This document shows, one piece after another, positions 1 through 9,781 of a DNA stretch of 64,000 nt. This DNA is from an uncultured bacterium. Lineage in GTDB: Bacteria; Acidobacteriota; Thermoanaerobaculia; Multivoradales; JAHZIX01. The notes beneath the pieces were generated by a model. That model made no database searches. It saw only the letters and a program-made list of their open reading frames with translations, and was not told the origin of the DNA. The position numbers and the translations under genes were made by a program. How positions within the stretch are numbered: the stretch's first letter is position 1; every line of letters begins with the position of its first letter. The stretch covers positions 512,001 to 576,000 of the forward strand of contig CBDUPA010000001.1 in the NCBI GenBank assembly GCA_965368975.1. Direction: 5' to 3'.

Positions 1-1
1 A

Positions 2-103
2 GGGCCTGAGTTCGTGGCGGTCGAAGCCAACCTCGAGGACGTCTACTTCTCGACCCTGCGCGGCGGTGCCGCCGAGGCCAGCCGAGGTCACACGCCTTCG
101 TGA
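2..103 (+). CDS. 3' end of a probable ABC transporter ATP-binding protein (partial)
   Basis: Frame from nt 2 reads GPEFVAVEANLEDVYFSTLRGG...*; LEDVYF is typical of ABC-2-type ATPase C-termini. Confidence 0.55.
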   Translation, partial: GPEFVAVEANLEDVYFSTLRGGAAEASRGHTPS

Positions 104-255
104 CTGTATCTTCGCGGATTCAGGATGGTGCTTCTGCTATCATTACGAGCAATTCAGATTTCACAACTCGCCCATTCGAGGCGACATCCTCGTCCATATC
201 GCAGGCTCTGAGACACGCTTCTCAGGGTCGCGGTATCAACTCCAAGGAGATGCTC

Positions 256-1764
256 ATGCTTCGTCAGAGCTCTATTTCCACCGTGTTGCGCGCACTCTTC
301 GTGCTCGCCCTCTCGCTCGGTCTGGCCGCCTGTGGCGGCGAGTCGACGGCTCCGGGTCCGGAACCGGCGGTCAACGCCGATGCCTGTACCGAGTCTTTCG
401 CGGCCGGTTTCCAGGCCGACAAGTGCCAGCTGGCCAACGGCGACAATCCACCGATCAGTCCGCTGTACTGGCCGGATGTCTGTACGCCGTCCCTACAGGG
501 CTGGACCCCAACGCAAGGTAGCTTTGACCAGCTGTCCTGGCGTTCTTTCCTTTACAATAGCTGGCCGGCCGACGGTAGCGGCCAGCCGGACACCAGCCAG
601 CAGATCGGCGTCCAGGTCGGTGGCGTCTTCCCGGACATGGTCTGGCAGACGTACAAGAATGCCCAAGACGTCATCGGCTCCAGCAGCGACGCGGTGGCCG
701 ACTACGCGAGCCCCAGCCCGGTTCCAGAAGGCTGCGACCCAGAAGGTCCGCGCGTACTGACCATGACCGCCAAGTTCCCGGAAAACTCGATCGCGGCGGT
801 GCGCTCGGCTCTGCTGGAGGGCACGGAAGACGGAGCTTCATTGTCTAGCATCGATCAGGCGTTCCGCGGGCCGCTGTATCCGCAGGGTCCCGATCCGCTG
901 CTGCCGGTGTTCTATGAGATCCGGATCAACGAGACCGAGTACACCTCGATCGTCAATGCCCAGGCGCAGGACAAGTCACCAAAGGAACTCAACTGCGTCG
1001 ACCAAGGCGCGGACTGCAAGCCGTTCAGTTTCGAGCTTGGCTCGACCGAGGTCAAGGCGGCTTGGAAAGCCCTGAGCGACGACGAGAAGAACTCCGGCAC
1101 CTTCTTCTACCAGGATCTGCAGGTCGTCGATCCGTCCGATGGAACGTGCTCGGTGCGTACCATGGGTCTGGTCGGCCTCCACATCGCTCGCAAGGTGAGC
1201 CACGCCGTGCCGGCCGAAGACACGCGCACTATCGCCTGGGCTTGGTCGACCTTCGAGCAGAACAACAACGTGCCACCCGTGGGCAGTGACGGCAGTGGGG
1301 GCAGCTACTCGTTCTACAACCCGGACTGCACCCCCGCCGTCGACGACGCCACCTGCGCGGCGCTCGATCCCAGTACGGCGCATCCGGAAGAGCAGTACCA
1401 GTGCTGCCCGAACCTCTACCGCTATGCAGCGGGAACCGTGCCGGCCAACCCGACCCCCAACCAGGTAACCCGCATCGATGCGGCGCCATCCGAGACGCAG
1501 GCGTGCGACGCGGTCTACGATCCGCTCGACAAGGGCGTGTTCAACAACTACTCCCTGGTCGTCACGCAGTGGCCGAAAGCGGCGGACGGCCCTCCGTTCA
1601 CGCCGATCATCACCCCGACGCACTCTCGCAACACGGTGATCGAGACCTACTTCGCCGAGTGGCAGAACGGTGAGCAGGTCAACACCAGCAGTTGCATGGG
1701 TTGTCACGGTGGCTCGTCGGCGGTCGACATGAGCTACATCTTCCTGCCCAACGCTAGCAACTGA
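256..1764 (+). CDS. Lipoprotein with a C-terminal c-type heme motif (cytochrome c family, uncharacterised)
   Basis: AGGAGA RBS before ATG 256; lipobox LGLAA-C; CMGCH near the C-terminus; Cys-rich. Confidence 0.7.
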   Translation: MLRQSSISTVLRALFVLALSLGLAACGGESTAPGPEPAVNADACTESFAAGFQADKCQLANGDNPPISPLYWPDVCTPSLQGWTPTQGSFDQLSWRSFLYNSWPADGSGQPDTSQQIGVQVGGVFPDMVWQTYKNAQDVIGSSSDAVADYASPSPVPEGCDPEGPRVLTMTAKFPENSIAAVRSALLEGTEDGASLSSIDQAFRGPLYPQGPDPLLPVFYEIRINETEYTSIVNAQAQDKSPKELNCVDQGADCKPFSFELGSTEVKAAWKALSDDEKNSGTFFYQDLQVVDPSDGTCSVRTMGLVGLHIARKVSHAVPAEDTRTIAWAWSTFEQNNNVPPVGSDGSGGSYSFYNPDCTPAVDDATCAALDPSTAHPEEQYQCCPNLYRYAAGTVPANPTPNQVTRIDAAPSETQACDAVYDPLDKGVFNNYSLVVTQWPKAADGPPFTPIITPTHSRNTVIETYFAEWQNGEQVNTSSCMGCHGGSSAVDMSYIFLPNASN

Positions 1765-1847
1765 TTCGGCTATAGGGCCGGATGCGTCGAGAGCATCCGG
1801 CCCTGCCGGTAGTCTCCAATCCATCCGAGTTTCCTAGGAGGACTGAT

Positions 1848-2729
1848 ATGTGCAAGAGCAGATGCCTTTTGTCTATGCTGGCAGTGCTAGTACTGGCCAG
1901 TGCCGTGTCCGCACAACCGGTAGCAGTCTCGCCCTACATGCAGCAGGTGATCAACCCAGGAGGGTCGTACAAGGGGCCCGGTGATCTGGTGCCACCCAAC
2001 GGTCCACCGGCCGCTTCGGTGTGCTGGACCGCCCAGCCCGCAGCCTGCAATGTGTATGGCGTGACCGGCATGGACGCCGGGTGTCCGGATCCTGCGATCT
2101 CGGTCGACCTGCAGGTCACCCTGTACTGGGATCAGCCGGATCCGTGGAACAGCTGGGATTGTATCGACCACCCTGAGGGGCAGTACAAAGGGACGGTCAC
2201 ACGGGCGCAGCTGGCGTCCGCCTGTTCCACCGCGCGTGCGACGCTGAGCGGCCCGCCGCTGGTCGACTTCGTGGTCTTCGGGCCGTATGACGTCCCGAGT
2301 CTATACGTCTATCCCCATGTCGCGTTGCGCGAGTACTGTGTGACCCACCTGAGCCACATGGGGCCGGATCTGGCGGAGTGCAACCCCAACTACGATCAGG
2401 CGTTCACCAAGCCACACCTGACGCAATGGCCGGTCACGGGACAGCCCGGTAAGACCATTCCGCACTTTGCGATCGAGGTCACACGTCCGGGGTACACCAC
2501 CTATTTCGGCTTCTGGGACGATCCGGGGACCGGAGAGCTTGCCGACTACGTGACGCTCAACAAGCACTGCGCCGAGGATACGATCGGCTCGGCGCCGAAC
2601 ATCGATGGCGCCCGTATTCGCATCAACTGTGACTGCCAGGAAGGCGCGCTGTCGCTGATCGATGCTGCCAATCCGTTGAATCCGTTCCCGAGCAACGGCA
2701 TCGTCTACTGGTTCTTCGGCGAGCCCTGA
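1848..2729 (+). CDS. Secreted Cys/Pro-rich hypothetical protein
   Basis: AGGAGG RBS, ATG 1848, signal peptide (LLSMLAVLVLASAVSA), many Cys. Confidence 0.65.
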   Translation: MCKSRCLLSMLAVLVLASAVSAQPVAVSPYMQQVINPGGSYKGPGDLVPPNGPPAASVCWTAQPAACNVYGVTGMDAGCPDPAISVDLQVTLYWDQPDPWNSWDCIDHPEGQYKGTVTRAQLASACSTARATLSGPPLVDFVVFGPYDVPSLYVYPHVALREYCVTHLSHMGPDLAECNPNYDQAFTKPHLTQWPVTGQPGKTIPHFAIEVTRPGYTTYFGFWDDPGTGELADYVTLNKHCAEDTIGSAPNIDGARIRINCDCQEGALSLIDAANPLNPFPSNGIVYWFFGEP

Positions 2730-2851
2730 GTTTCCCCAGTGCCTGCAGGATATGAGTCCGTTCCTGAGAATCTGGAAAGACTCCAGGGGCGGGCTCTCTC
2801 ACTCGATGAGAGGCCTCGGACTGTGGCGCCGCACGACGAGAACTCCAGGCC

Positions 2852-3532
2852 TCAAGCGCCAACAGCTACCGGTTCAGGGGTTTCAAGTTGCGTCAGCTTC
2901 TGCTGGGCCGCCCGATGTAGGCCTGACAGGACGAGTGAGGCTGCGAGGTCGACGCTGGTCGTTTCTTGCAGCGTCTTGCGTTCCCGCTCCGTGAGACAAT
3001 CTGGCCCAGGGTGGCCGTTGATCTCCTGGATCAATTTGTATGCTTCACCGTCGAGAAGACCCAGCACATAGGTTGGTCCATCTGGGTGTCTGGCTTTGAA
3101 CCGTTGGTACTCGTCGCGGATACCAGGTACCTCGCCGGTGAAGCCAGAAGTCTTGCCGCCGACGAACACGGCCGCACCCGATTTGCCGATCATTTCATCC
3201 CGCATCGTAGCCAGGTCGTCTGCATCGACCCAATGCAGGGAGAATTCCGGTTCATAGATCTCCGGTGGTGCCGATTTGCGAAACCGGGGGAGTTGGTAGA
3301 GGTCAATGGTTGGATCATCGAATTCCTGGGCTACGTGCTGGACTAGGGGCGTGACACTTGGGTGGCCGCCAAAGACAAGGTGTCCGCCATCGGCGAGTAA
3401 CTCGCGCACGAAGGTGGCGATGAAGTGTTCCAGGTCGAGTGCCCGATGGGTTTCGACGAGTTCTTCCGGCAGGCTAGCCGACAGAAATACGGGCAGGTTC
3501 CGCAGGTCTGTGATGTCGGATGAGATAGACAT
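2852..3532 (-). CDS. Stand-alone SLOG-domain protein (LD_cluster3-like)
   Basis: VFLSAS.P, LVFGGHPSVTPLV, L.TMRDEMI, AAVFVGG, G..DEY motifs; AAGGAG RBS; directly downstream of a TIR gene. Confidence 0.8.
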   Translation of the reverse strand: MSISSDITDLRNLPVFLSASLPEELVETHRALDLEHFIATFVRELLADGGHLVFGGHPSVTPLVQHVAQEFDDPTIDLYQLPRFRKSAPPEIYEPEFSLHWVDADDLATMRDEMIGKSGAAVFVGGKTSGFTGEVPGIRDEYQRFKARHPDGPTYVLGLLDGEAYKLIQEINGHPGPDCLTERERKTLQETTSVDLAASLVLSGLHRAAQQKLTQLETPEPVAVGA

Positions 3533-3562
3533 GTGCACTCCTTGGTTTCCTTCGCAACTATC

Positions 3563-4669
3563 TTACGCCAAATGCTGTGCGAGGATACGATTGGCCTCGA
3601 CGAGAGGACAAACCTCGAGCGGCGCCCGACCGCGAGCCCAATGCACCGCCGCGCGCGTCGACGTACCGAGGTGGTGATCACCACACAGGAGCACGGCGCT
3701 GCAGCGGCCTTCTTCACGGTAGCTTCGATACAGTCGGTGCAGGCTCTCGAGCGAGGGTAGAGAGTCCTCGTACTCGAATAGGACCCGCTTGCTGGAACTG
3801 TGTACCAGAACACGCCGTCGTCCGCGGTCAAGCAGCTGCAGGCCTTCCAGTTCGGCGAGTTCACCGAGAGTCCGGCGGCAACGCTGGTCGAAGGAAGCAG
3901 CTGCGCCGATACCCCGGGCGATCAAGCTTCTGACCTTCGATAGCCGTTCCGGGTCTGTCTCGTCCCAGGTCAGCCGCTCAACGGCAGGAACCAGGGGGCA
4001 GACCGTGGTCTGGCCGACTCCTAGAACGCGAACCTGGATCCGTTGCCGGTGGGCTTCTGCGATCTCGGCTCGGACCCAGTCCGATTCACGGGCAGCTGCG
4101 GTGTCGATCAACAGCACAAAATCTTTCTCGTTGACCTGCCCCATGATCCGCTCCTGGACGACTGCTCCCTTCTCGATCTGATGGATGTCCAGGAAGGCTT
4201 GATACTTGTGGGCCCACAAGTTCTCGTAGATAGCCTGTGCAACTTCGCTGCCGTCCCGGCGGGCGTAGGAAATGAAGACCTTCTGTTTGTCTGGGAAGGC
4301 TTCCAAGCCGAAGTAGCTCCTGACGGTTTGTAAGAGCGTCCTTCCGTCGGGGGCGAAGCCCACTGCATTGCGGTTGTAGAGAGCACGAATCGAGACTGTT
4401 CGGAAGCTGAAGGCTGCTAGGTCCTCGACCACCGGGATCAACGGCAACCGTCGGCGATCGGCCTCGTGGACGAAGTCGATCACCGCTGGGTCGGCCAAGC
4501 TCTGAGGTGTCATGACGACCAAGGCGACGGTCGGCGCCGCTGCCTCCTCGTCTTGCGGAAACCAGGACGGATCGGTACGGATCGTGCCCTGTTCGGTGAG
4601 GAGATCTCGAATCCGATCGCGCAGGCCAATTGCATCGCCGGCTGCGATGAGCAAAATATACTTGTTCAA
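3563..4669 (-). CDS. TIR-domain protein (degenerate TIR-like N-terminus + TIR + C-terminal alpha/beta domain)
   Basis: KVFISYARRDG, AFLD...I..G, SDWVRAEI (catalytic Glu); GAAGGAG RBS before a TTG start. Confidence 0.85.
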   Translation of the reverse strand: MNKYILLIAAGDAIGLRDRIRDLLTEQGTIRTDPSWFPQDEEAAAPTVALVVMTPQSLADPAVIDFVHEADRRRLPLIPVVEDLAAFSFRTVSIRALYNRNAVGFAPDGRTLLQTVRSYFGLEAFPDKQKVFISYARRDGSEVAQAIYENLWAHKYQAFLDIHQIEKGAVVQERIMGQVNEKDFVLLIDTAAARESDWVRAEIAEAHRQRIQVRVLGVGQTTVCPLVPAVERLTWDETDPERLSKVRSLIARGIGAAASFDQRCRRTLGELAELEGLQLLDRGRRRVLVHSSSKRVLFEYEDSLPSLESLHRLYRSYREEGRCSAVLLCGDHHLGTSTRAAVHWARGRAPLEVCPLVEANRILAQHLA

Positions 4670-4679
4670 AGCCTCTCCT

Positions 4680-7600
4680 TCAGTTCACGGGTGCCGACAG
4701 CCCACGCCCCGGCGTCCAGGGGGCGCCAGCTGCTTCGGCCTTGGCTTCGAAGGCTTCCAGGTCGCTGAGTAACGCTGCCAGGTCGGCGTGCAGCTGTTGG
4801 TAGCCTTCCTTGGCCCAGGCGTAGTCCTGACGATCGGTCTCCGTCGGGGTCTGCGTCGACAGCCACTGGCTGCCCTGGACGCGCTCGATGCGGCCGCGCA
4901 GGGACGGCGGGGTGAAGACATTGCGTGAGCCCTTGGTGCCGTCGCCTTCGAGGGTCAGTTGGACAGCATCGAGACGCTGTTGCAAGCTCTCCAGCTCGGC
5001 GGTCAGGGTGGCATCCGCGGCCGGGGTGTCGATCAGGGCTTGGCGTAGGTGCTCGATGCGGACGTCGATCTCGTCGGCCACCTCGACACTGCCGCGGATG
5101 GCGCGGCGCAGGCTGCGCACATCGTGCTGAAAGGCCATGATGGCTTGCTTGTCTTCGGCCGCCAGGGTGTTCAGCTCTAGGGGGATGACTTCGAACTCGC
5201 TCGGTCCGGCGAGCGTCTGCCACTGGCCGTCGACGCGCGCTTCGAGGGTGGCGTTGTAGGTGCCGGGTAGGGCCAACGGACCACGCTCGGGCTCGATCCA
5301 TGACGGGAGGTCGGTGGGCGGATTGAGATCGGTGGGAGCTGCGGGCGGGTAGCGCAGGTCCCAGGTGACGCGGTGCAGGCCGGCTTTGCGCTCGGCCTCG
5401 ACGCGGCGGATCACATCATCGCCATCGCGCACCACCAGGAACACCTGTGGCTCGACTTCGAGATCTTCGCGCCGTAGTTCCGCCATCGTGGCGATCGGCG
5501 CATCGGTCTTGGCCTCGCGTGCCGCTTCTTCGGCTTCGTTGCGCTGCTCGCGCAGCGTCTTCAGACCATCGCGCAGCCAGTAGGTGAAGGTGGCGCCGTA
5601 GGGTGGGTTGGGTGCGGTCCAGAAGTTCGCGCCGCGGGTCATCCGACGGTCACGCTTTTCGATGTAGCGCAGTGCCTCGCGCGCCGGGAAGAGAATCGCC
5701 GTTTCGCTCTCGAAGCTCTCCTCGGACATGGTGCGTAGCGGCGTGTAGTCGTCGAGCACGTAGAAACCACGGCCGAAGGTGCCGACGACGAGATCGTTCC
5801 AGTCGCGCTGGATGTCCAGGTCCCGCACCTGGATGGTGGGGAAGCCGCCGTTGAGCTGGTGCCAGTGAGCGCCTTCGTCCAGGGTCACCCACAGGTGGAA
5901 CTCGGTGCCGGCGAACAAGAGCTTCTCGTTCTCATGATCCTGGATCAGCGTGTAGGCGACCTCACGTTCCGGCAGGTCACCGCGCATCGACGTCCAGGTG
6001 GCGCCCTGGTCGCGACTGACCGCGACGTACGGGGTGAAGTCGCCCTGCTTGTGGTTGTCGAAGGTGGCGTAGACGACGTTCTCGTCGAAGAGCGACGCTT
6101 CCAGATCACTGACATAGGTGTTCTGGGGCACGAAAGGTACGCGGTCGATGGCGCGCCAGGTCTCGCCACCGTCGGTGGTGACGTGGATCAGGCCATCATC
6201 AGTGCCGACGTAGAGCAGGTTTTCGTTGAGTGGTGATTCACTCAGCGACACGATGTTGCCGTAGTTGGAGGTCGACTTGTTCTTGTGGATCGCGTCCATC
6301 TCCCACAACCGGCCCATGATCGGCAGCTGGTCGCGGTCGAGCTGACGGCTCAGGTCGCCGGAGACAGCACGCCAGCTGTTGCCGCGGTCGTCGCTGCGGT
6401 AGAGCCGCTGGCTGGCGTAATACAGGCGGGTGTGCAGGTGGTGCGACAGGATCAGCGGTGAGTCCCAATTCCAGCGGTCGGCGTCCTGGCCGGGTTCTTC
6501 CTGCGGCTGAATGTCGATCGCTTCTTCGGACTGACGGTCATAACGCACCAGGCCGCCGTACTGCCACTGGGCATAGAGGATGTTCGGGTCGGTCGGGTCG
6601 ACGCGTGTCTCATAGCCGTCACCGCCGACGGTGATGAACCAGTCCTCGTTGGAGATGCCGGAGCTGTGCATCGTGCGGCTCGGACCGCCCATCGAGTCGT
6701 TGTCCTGGGTACCGCCGAAGATGTAGTAGAAGGGCTTCGAGGTGTCGGTGCTGACACGGTAGAACTGGGTGATCGGCAGGTTTTCCTTGAAGTTCCAGTT
6801 CTCGCCGCGGTCGAAACTCTCGTAGACGCCGCCGTCGTTGCCCACCATCATGTAGTCGGGGTCGTTCGGATCCAACCACACGGCGTGGTGATCGACGTGC
6901 TGACGCTTGCCGGGCACTTTCTCGTAGCTAGCGCCGCCATCCCGCGTCACCCACAGCCAGACGCCCACCGAGTAGACGGTGTCGCGGTCGTGCGGGTCGC
7001 AGGTCAGCTCGTTCCAGTAGTCACCGCCCTGCACGTGGCCGGAGCGCTTCTCCCAGCTCTCGCCGCGATCGGTGGAGCGGAAGGTACCGCCCTCGTCGCG
7101 CACCGCGTCGAGTTCCGCGTAGATCACGTTGGGGTCGACGGGCGAGATGCACAGGCCCATGCGGCCACGATCGGCGTCCGGTAGGCCCTTGTCGATCTGG
7201 CGCCAGGTCGCACCGCCGTCGGTCGACTTGTGGAAGGCGGATTCCGGGCCGCCGTTGAGCAGTGTCCAGACGTGGCGTCGGCGCTGGTAGGAGGTGGCGT
7301 AAACGACGTTCGGGTCGAGCAGGTCGAGCCACACCTCGGCAACGCCGGTGTCGTCCGAGACGTGCAGGATGCGCTCCCAGGTTTCGCCGCCGTCGACGGT
7401 CTTGTACAGTCCTCGGTCGCCGCCGGCATTCCACAGCGGTCCCATCGCCGCGACATAGACGACATTCGGGTCGCGCGGGTCGACCTCGATGCGCCCGATG
7501 TGCTCCGAGTTCTCTAGCCCCATGTGCTGCCAACTCTGACCGCCGTCGAGACTCTTGTAGATGCCGTCACCGAAGGACACCGAGCGCTGCGAGTTGTTTT

Positions 7601-7988
7601 CGCCCGTGCCAACCCAGATCACGTTGTGGTTCTTCGGGTCGATGGTGACGGTGCCGATCGAGTACGAACCCTCGTCGTCGAACACCGGCTTCCAGGTGGT
7701 GCCGGCGTTGGTGGTTTTCCACAGGCCACCGGAGGCGGTGGCGGCGAAGTAGCGGTGGCGCTTACCCGGTGTCACCGCGAAGTCGATGATGCGGCCGGAA
7801 TTGATCGCCGGTCCGATCCCGCGCAGGCTGAGGCCGGAAAGCGCGTCGGCATTGAGGCGGGTCTCGGGTTCTTCCGTCTCTTCGGCCAGTGCCGTCGAGG
7901 CCGGCAGCCAGCCAGCGAGCCCGCCGGCAAGGCCGAGCAGTCCACACCATTGCAGTGCGCAGAGTACGATCACCATCCACTTCTTCAC
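4680..7988 (-). CDS. Secreted VPS10/sortilin-like BNR-repeat beta-propeller protein (putative glycosyl hydrolase)
   Basis: Many S.DGG.TW Asp-box repeats, IGPA..SGRI, GGTQDN; signal peptide; AGGAGG RBS. Confidence 0.85.
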   Translation of the reverse strand: MKKWMVIVLCALQWCGLLGLAGGLAGWLPASTALAEETEEPETRLNADALSGLSLRGIGPAINSGRIIDFAVTPGKRHRYFAATASGGLWKTTNAGTTWKPVFDDEGSYSIGTVTIDPKNHNVIWVGTGENNSQRSVSFGDGIYKSLDGGQSWQHMGLENSEHIGRIEVDPRDPNVVYVAAMGPLWNAGGDRGLYKTVDGGETWERILHVSDDTGVAEVWLDLLDPNVVYATSYQRRRHVWTLLNGGPESAFHKSTDGGATWRQIDKGLPDADRGRMGLCISPVDPNVIYAELDAVRDEGGTFRSTDRGESWEKRSGHVQGGDYWNELTCDPHDRDTVYSVGVWLWVTRDGGASYEKVPGKRQHVDHHAVWLDPNDPDYMMVGNDGGVYESFDRGENWNFKENLPITQFYRVSTDTSKPFYYIFGGTQDNDSMGGPSRTMHSSGISNEDWFITVGGDGYETRVDPTDPNILYAQWQYGGLVRYDRQSEEAIDIQPQEEPGQDADRWNWDSPLILSHHLHTRLYYASQRLYRSDDRGNSWRAVSGDLSRQLDRDQLPIMGRLWEMDAIHKNKSTSNYGNIVSLSESPLNENLLYVGTDDGLIHVTTDGGETWRAIDRVPFVPQNTYVSDLEASLFDENVVYATFDNHKQGDFTPYVAVSRDQGATWTSMRGDLPEREVAYTLIQDHENEKLLFAGTEFHLWVTLDEGAHWHQLNGGFPTIQVRDLDIQRDWNDLVVGTFGRGFYVLDDYTPLRTMSEESFESETAILFPAREALRYIEKRDRRMTRGANFWTAPNPPYGATFTYWLRDGLKTLREQRNEAEEAAREAKTDAPIATMAELRREDLEVEPQVFLVVRDGDDVIRRVEAERKAGLHRVTWDLRYPPAAPTDLNPPTDLPSWIEPERGPLALPGTYNATLEARVDGQWQTLAGPSEFEVIPLELNTLAAEDKQAIMAFQHDVRSLRRAIRGSVEVADEIDVRIEHLRQALIDTPAADATLTAELESLQQRLDAVQLTLEGDGTKGSRNVFTPPSLRGRIERVQGSQWLSTQTPTETDRQDYAWAKEGYQQLHADLAALLSDLEAFEAKAEAAGAPWTPGRGLSAPVN

Positions 7989-8249
7989 GCGACGCCTCCT
8001 TACTTCGTTTCGTCTCGGCGAGTTTTTGACGAACTCTCGAATCCAGGTCGAACCTTCGATGTTGTCGGAACCTGCTCAGGATATCCGTTTCTGTGCCGGA
8101 ATCAAGGTGCTGTCCAGGATGTCGCCCGGGATCCGGCGCGCCGCCGCCAGCGCCTGCGATAGGATCGAAGAGCCTCCGGCGATGGGCAGCCCGAGCCCGC
8201 TGCAGGCAGACGTTGTACCGACCCCATAGACTTGCTCATCGGAGATCCC

Positions 8250-8723
8250 ATGCGCCTGACCCCCAAGAGTGCCATCCTGATCGTGGCGGGCTTCACCCTC
8301 CTCTTCCTGGTCGGCCAATCCGCCGTCGACGCTTACCTCGGCCGCGCGCGGCTCGAACTCGTGCGCCCCGGTCAGGATGGTGCGGTACGCATCGACGTGA
8401 GCGACCTCGAACGGCTGGACGTCCGCTTCTTCCGCTTCCTCAACTCCGGCAACCAGGAAGTCGAATTCCTGGTCGGTCGCGACGAGAACGGGATCGTCCA
8501 GGTCGGCTTCAACGCCAACGACAACCACTACAAGACGCGCCTCGGCTTCTCTTACCAGGATGGCTGGATCATCGACAACAAGTGCGATACCAACATCCGC
8601 CTGTCCGGCATCAACCGTGGTGGTGGTGGCTGCAAGCCCGTGCCGGTGCGGCATCAGGTCGTCGGCGATGAGCTGATCATCCGTGAGCCCGACATGCTCG
8701 CCGGCTGGCGGTACTTCCGGTGA
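8250..8723 (+). CDS. DUF2318/FtrD-like membrane-anchored protein with degenerate Cys motifs
   Basis: N-terminal TM; V.FLV...G.....F..., GF.YQ.G, GGGCKPVP pattern. Confidence 0.6.
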   Translation: MRLTPKSAILIVAGFTLLFLVGQSAVDAYLGRARLELVRPGQDGAVRIDVSDLERLDVRFFRFLNSGNQEVEFLVGRDENGIVQVGFNANDNHYKTRLGFSYQDGWIIDNKCDTNIRLSGINRGGGGCKPVPVRHQVVGDELIIREPDMLAGWRYFR

Positions 8724-8751
8724 TGTTCGCTCGGCCGTTCGAATAGACGCC

Positions 8752-9210
8752 GTGCTCCACATCTACATCGACGCCGACGCCTGCCCCGTCAAGCAAGAGG
8801 TCTACCGGGTCGCCGGTCGCTACAGCCTCGACGTCACCCTGGTCGCCAACTCGGGCATGCGTACGCCACCCGACCCGCGCATCTCGATGCAAGTCGTCCA
8901 CGGCGATCTCGACGCCGCCGACGATTGGATTGTCGAGCACGTCGAGGCGGGTGACATCGTCGTCACGGCAGATATTCTGCTCGCGGGTCGCTGCCTGGAG
9001 AAGGGGGCGAGCGTCCTTGGGACGACTGGCAAGCCCTTCACCGAAGACAACATCGGTGACGCCATCGCCACCCGTGAGTTGCTGGCTGACCTGCGCGGTG
9101 GCGGAGAACTGCTGGGTGGGCCGCCGCCGTTCGAGAAGAAGGATCGGTCGCGGTTCTTGCAGAAGCTGGACGAGGTGATCCAGGGGATCCGACGGCAGAA
9201 CGCCCACTGA
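8752..9210 (+). CDS. YaiI/YqxD (DUF188) family protein
   Basis: IYIDADACPVK, DAADDWI, DIVVTADI.LA, GGPPPF...DRSRF. Confidence 0.9.
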   Translation: MLHIYIDADACPVKQEVYRVAGRYSLDVTLVANSGMRTPPDPRISMQVVHGDLDAADDWIVEHVEAGDIVVTADILLAGRCLEKGASVLGTTGKPFTEDNIGDAIATRELLADLRGGGELLGGPPPFEKKDRSRFLQKLDEVIQGIRRQNAH

Positions 9211-9224
9211 AGGGCACCAGTCAG

Positions 9225-9551
9225 CTATGGTGTGCTGCTGTCGCAGCCGGTCGCCAGGCTCAATGCCTGACATACGGCCGCCATTTTCTCGGAACTCAGG
9301 CTGCCGACATAGTGCTGGAGCAACCGCTTGGGTACTGTCTGCACGTGGTCGAGATTCACTGCTGACTCGTGCTTGAGACCTTCTTCGACCCCCACGATCA
9401 CTTCGCTGGGGGCTCCTCGAATTGCGGATGTGATCGGGGCCACCATGACGGTTTGCAGCCAAGGGATGGCTTGCGACCGGGTCAAGATGACGATGGGTCG
9501 GCGCTTGTCAGGCTGTTTGAAGGTGTAGAGCCAGATCTCGCCGCGATTCAC
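9225..9551 (-). CDS. mazF: MazF/PemK family toxin (endoribonuclease)
   Basis: RGEIW, DKRRP.V.L.R, VAPITS, SAVNLD.VQTV; GTG start overlaps the antitoxin TGA (alternative ATG at 9563). Confidence 0.9.
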   Translation of the reverse strand: MNRGEIWLYTFKQPDKRRPIVILTRSQAIPWLQTVMVAPITSAIRGAPSEVIVGVEEGLKHESAVNLDHVQTVPKRLLQHYVGSLSSEKMAAVCQALSLATGCDSSTP

Positions 9552-9781
9552 TCCGGCGGCCATTCGCCCTGCTCTTCCCAGCCTTCGAACTCCTCGCCCA
9601 GGCCGGCGCCGTCGGTGTAGGCTTTGCGGTATTGCTCGGCGATCTGTGCTTGTCGACGGCTTTCTAGCCAATCGGAAATGATCTCTCGTAGCACCGCGGA
9701 ACGGCCACTCGCCTTGACTTCGTCGTTGTCGTCCAGGCGCTGCAGCAGGGATTCGTCGAACATGACTTGTACAGCCTTCAT
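9548..9781 (-). CDS. Ribbon-helix-helix antitoxin
   Basis: 77 aa; MKAVQV.FDE.LL..LD....RSAVLRE RHH pattern; acidic tail; coupled to mazF. Confidence 0.85.
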   Translation of the reverse strand: MKAVQVMFDESLLQRLDDNDEVKASGRSAVLREIISDWLESRRQAQIAEQYRKAYTDGAGLGEEFEGWEEQGEWPPE

